DNA of 64,000 nt, from contig JASFYY010000002.1 of NCBI GenBank assembly GCA_045046875.1, positions 32,001 to 96,000 of the forward strand, given 5' to 3'. Positions within the stretch are counted from its first letter, which is position 1, and the number at the start of each line of letters is the position of its first letter. The DNA comes from Verrucomicrobiota bacterium. GTDB lineage: Bacteria > Verrucomicrobiota > Verrucomicrobiia > Verrucomicrobiales > DEV007. A model generated the notes under the pieces. It saw only the letters and a program-made list of their open reading frames with translations, had not been told where the DNA came from and searched no databases. Made by a program: the position numbers and the translations under genes. Below, piece after piece: positions 62,513 to 64,000 of the stretch.

Positions 62513-64000
62513 ATGGATACAACAGGAGGACTTGAGATAAACGAACAAGATTTGTTAAAGTCTTTGCAACAGGTGTTTGGTTTTAGTGAGTTCCGGCAGC
62601 ATCAGCGGGTTTTGGTAGAAGCTTTGTTATCCGGTCGTGATGCTTTTGGGGTGATGCCCACCGGCGGCGGCAAGTCGCTCTGTTACCAGTTACCGGCAAA
62701 AATGCTCAAAGGCACAGCTGTGGTGGTGAGTCCTTTGATTGCTCTGATGAAAGATCAGGTGGATGGGGCGAGGGCGCAGGGCATACGTGCGGAATACTTG
62801 AACAGCACTTTGACTTATCAGCAAGTCCAGGAGGTGCAAGAGGCTTATCGTACGGGAAATTTGGATTTATTGTATGTGGCTCCGGAGCGACTGGCTTTGC
62901 CGGGCTTTGTGGATTTTTTGCGTCAAACCAACGCAAGCAGCGAGGGGAATTCGGGCGGCTTGAGTTTTTTTGCAATTGATGAGGCGCATTGTATTTCTGA
63001 ATGGGGGCATGATTTCCGTCCGGATTATCTGTTTTTGAGCCAGCTAAAATCTTTGTTTCCGGATGTGCCGATTGGGGCTTTTACCGCGACAGCAACCGAG
63101 AAGGTGGCTTTGGATATCGAAGCGCGCTTGGTTTTGAAAGCTGCGGTTAAAATCCGCGCTTCGTTTGATCGCAAAAATTTGTTTTATGAAGTGCGGCGGA
63201 AAAGTGACTGGGAAAGACAATTGGTCGAGTTTGTGCGTGAGCGGCCTGACAAGAGCGGTATCATCTATCGTACCTCGCGCAAGAGTGTCGAAGCGACGGC
63301 TGAATTACTCAAGGCAAACGGGATCAACGCTGCGGCTTATCATGCAGGCTTGGATTCTTCACTGCGCAGCCAGACACAGGATGATTTCATCCGTGATGAC
63401 ATCACGGTGATGGTAGCTACGGTGGCTTTTGGCATGGGGGTGGACAAAGCGGATGTGCGTTTTGTGGTGCATGGTGATCTGCCAAAAAATATTGAGAGTT
63501 ATTATCAGGAAACCGGTCGTGCGGGGCGTGATGGCGAAGCTTCACATTGTTTATTATTATATTCGCCGGGCGATGCGGTTAAAATCCGGCGTTTTTTTGA
63601 TGACGTCGGGGATGCCGATGAAAAAAGCAGGCTGACGGATTTGTTACGTTCCATGGAGCGTTTTGCTTCGGTGCCTGCCTGTCGCAGGATCAATTTATTG
63701 GGTTATTTTAATGAGGTCTATGCAGCGGATTCTTGCGGTTGTTGTGATTTTTGTCTTGGCAGTTTTGAGCGTATCGATGCCACTCGTGATGCCCAGATGG
63801 TACTATCAGCTATAGTTAGAACCGGCGGCAGATTTGGTGCGGTTCATGTTTGTGATGTGGTGGCCGGAGCTCAGACGGCTAAAATCAAACAATTCAGGCA
63901 TGATGAGTTGAAAACCTATGGAGTGGGAAGGGATCGACCAAAGAGTTATTGGCGGGGAATTCTCGATGCGTTGTTGTCTGCGGGAAAACTCAGTTTGTCG
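62513..64000 (+). CDS. recQ: ATP-dependent DNA helicase RecQ (3' end outside the window)
   Basis: Translated by hand: VFGFSEFR..MPTGGGKSLCYQLPA, IDEAHCISEWGHDFRP, YQETGRAGRDG, Cys Zn motif; absent from the ORF track because no stop lies in the window. Confidence 0.97.
   Translation, partial: MDTTGGLEINEQDLLKSLQQVFGFSEFRQHQRVLVEALLSGRDAFGVMPTGGGKSLCYQLPAKMLKGTAVVVSPLIALMKDQVDGARAQGIRAEYLNSTLTYQQVQEVQEAYRTGNLDLLYVAPERLALPGFVDFLRQTNASSEGNSGGLSFFAIDEAHCISEWGHDFRPDYLFLSQLKSLFPDVPIGAFTATATEKVALDIEARLVLKAAVKIRASFDRKNLFYEVRRKSDWERQLVEFVRERPDKSGIIYRTSRKSVEATAELLKANGINAAAYHAGLDSSLRSQTQDDFIRDDITVMVATVAFGMGVDKADVRFVVHGDLPKNIESYYQETGRAGRDGEASHCLLLYSPGDAVKIRRFFDDVGDADEKSRLTDLLRSMERFASVPACRRINLLGYFNEVYAADSCGCCDFCLGSFERIDATRDAQMVLSAIVRTGGRFGAVHVCDVVAGAQTAKIKQFRHDELKTYGVGRDRPKSYWRGILDALLSAGKLSLS

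Overview
Bacterial chromosomal window, most likely a marine member of Verrucomicrobiota (inferred from the H-X9-DG prepilin, two sulfatases, the xseB-dxs pairing and TGTTC-N4-GAACA-type boxes at recA). It holds about 55 genes, mostly housekeeping (dxs, rnc, mnmG, ribD, recA, carB, mlaEFD, clpP, tig, ispD, tkt, hisG, trpS, mutS, recG, partial recQ), plus tRNA-His. I found no integrase, transposase or CRISPR array. The main non-coding structure is a probable replication origin at about 20,984-21,268: clustered DnaA boxes, an IHF-like site, an AT-rich tract with DnaA-trio-like repeats, and a GC-skew flip. dnaA is not in the window. Two or three parS sites lie just to the right, one inside mnmG, and an AT-rich zone covers even core genes around the origin. 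Other notable items: a 34-aa bS22/mS38-like protein missed by the ORF track; a PUR-domain gene behind a structured purine-rich leader; an ICMT-family methyltransferase-rhodanese fusion; a madL-madM-matB malonate cassette with reversed skew; and tandem LexA-like boxes over the recA promoter. All calls come from reading motifs by eye. No database searches were run.
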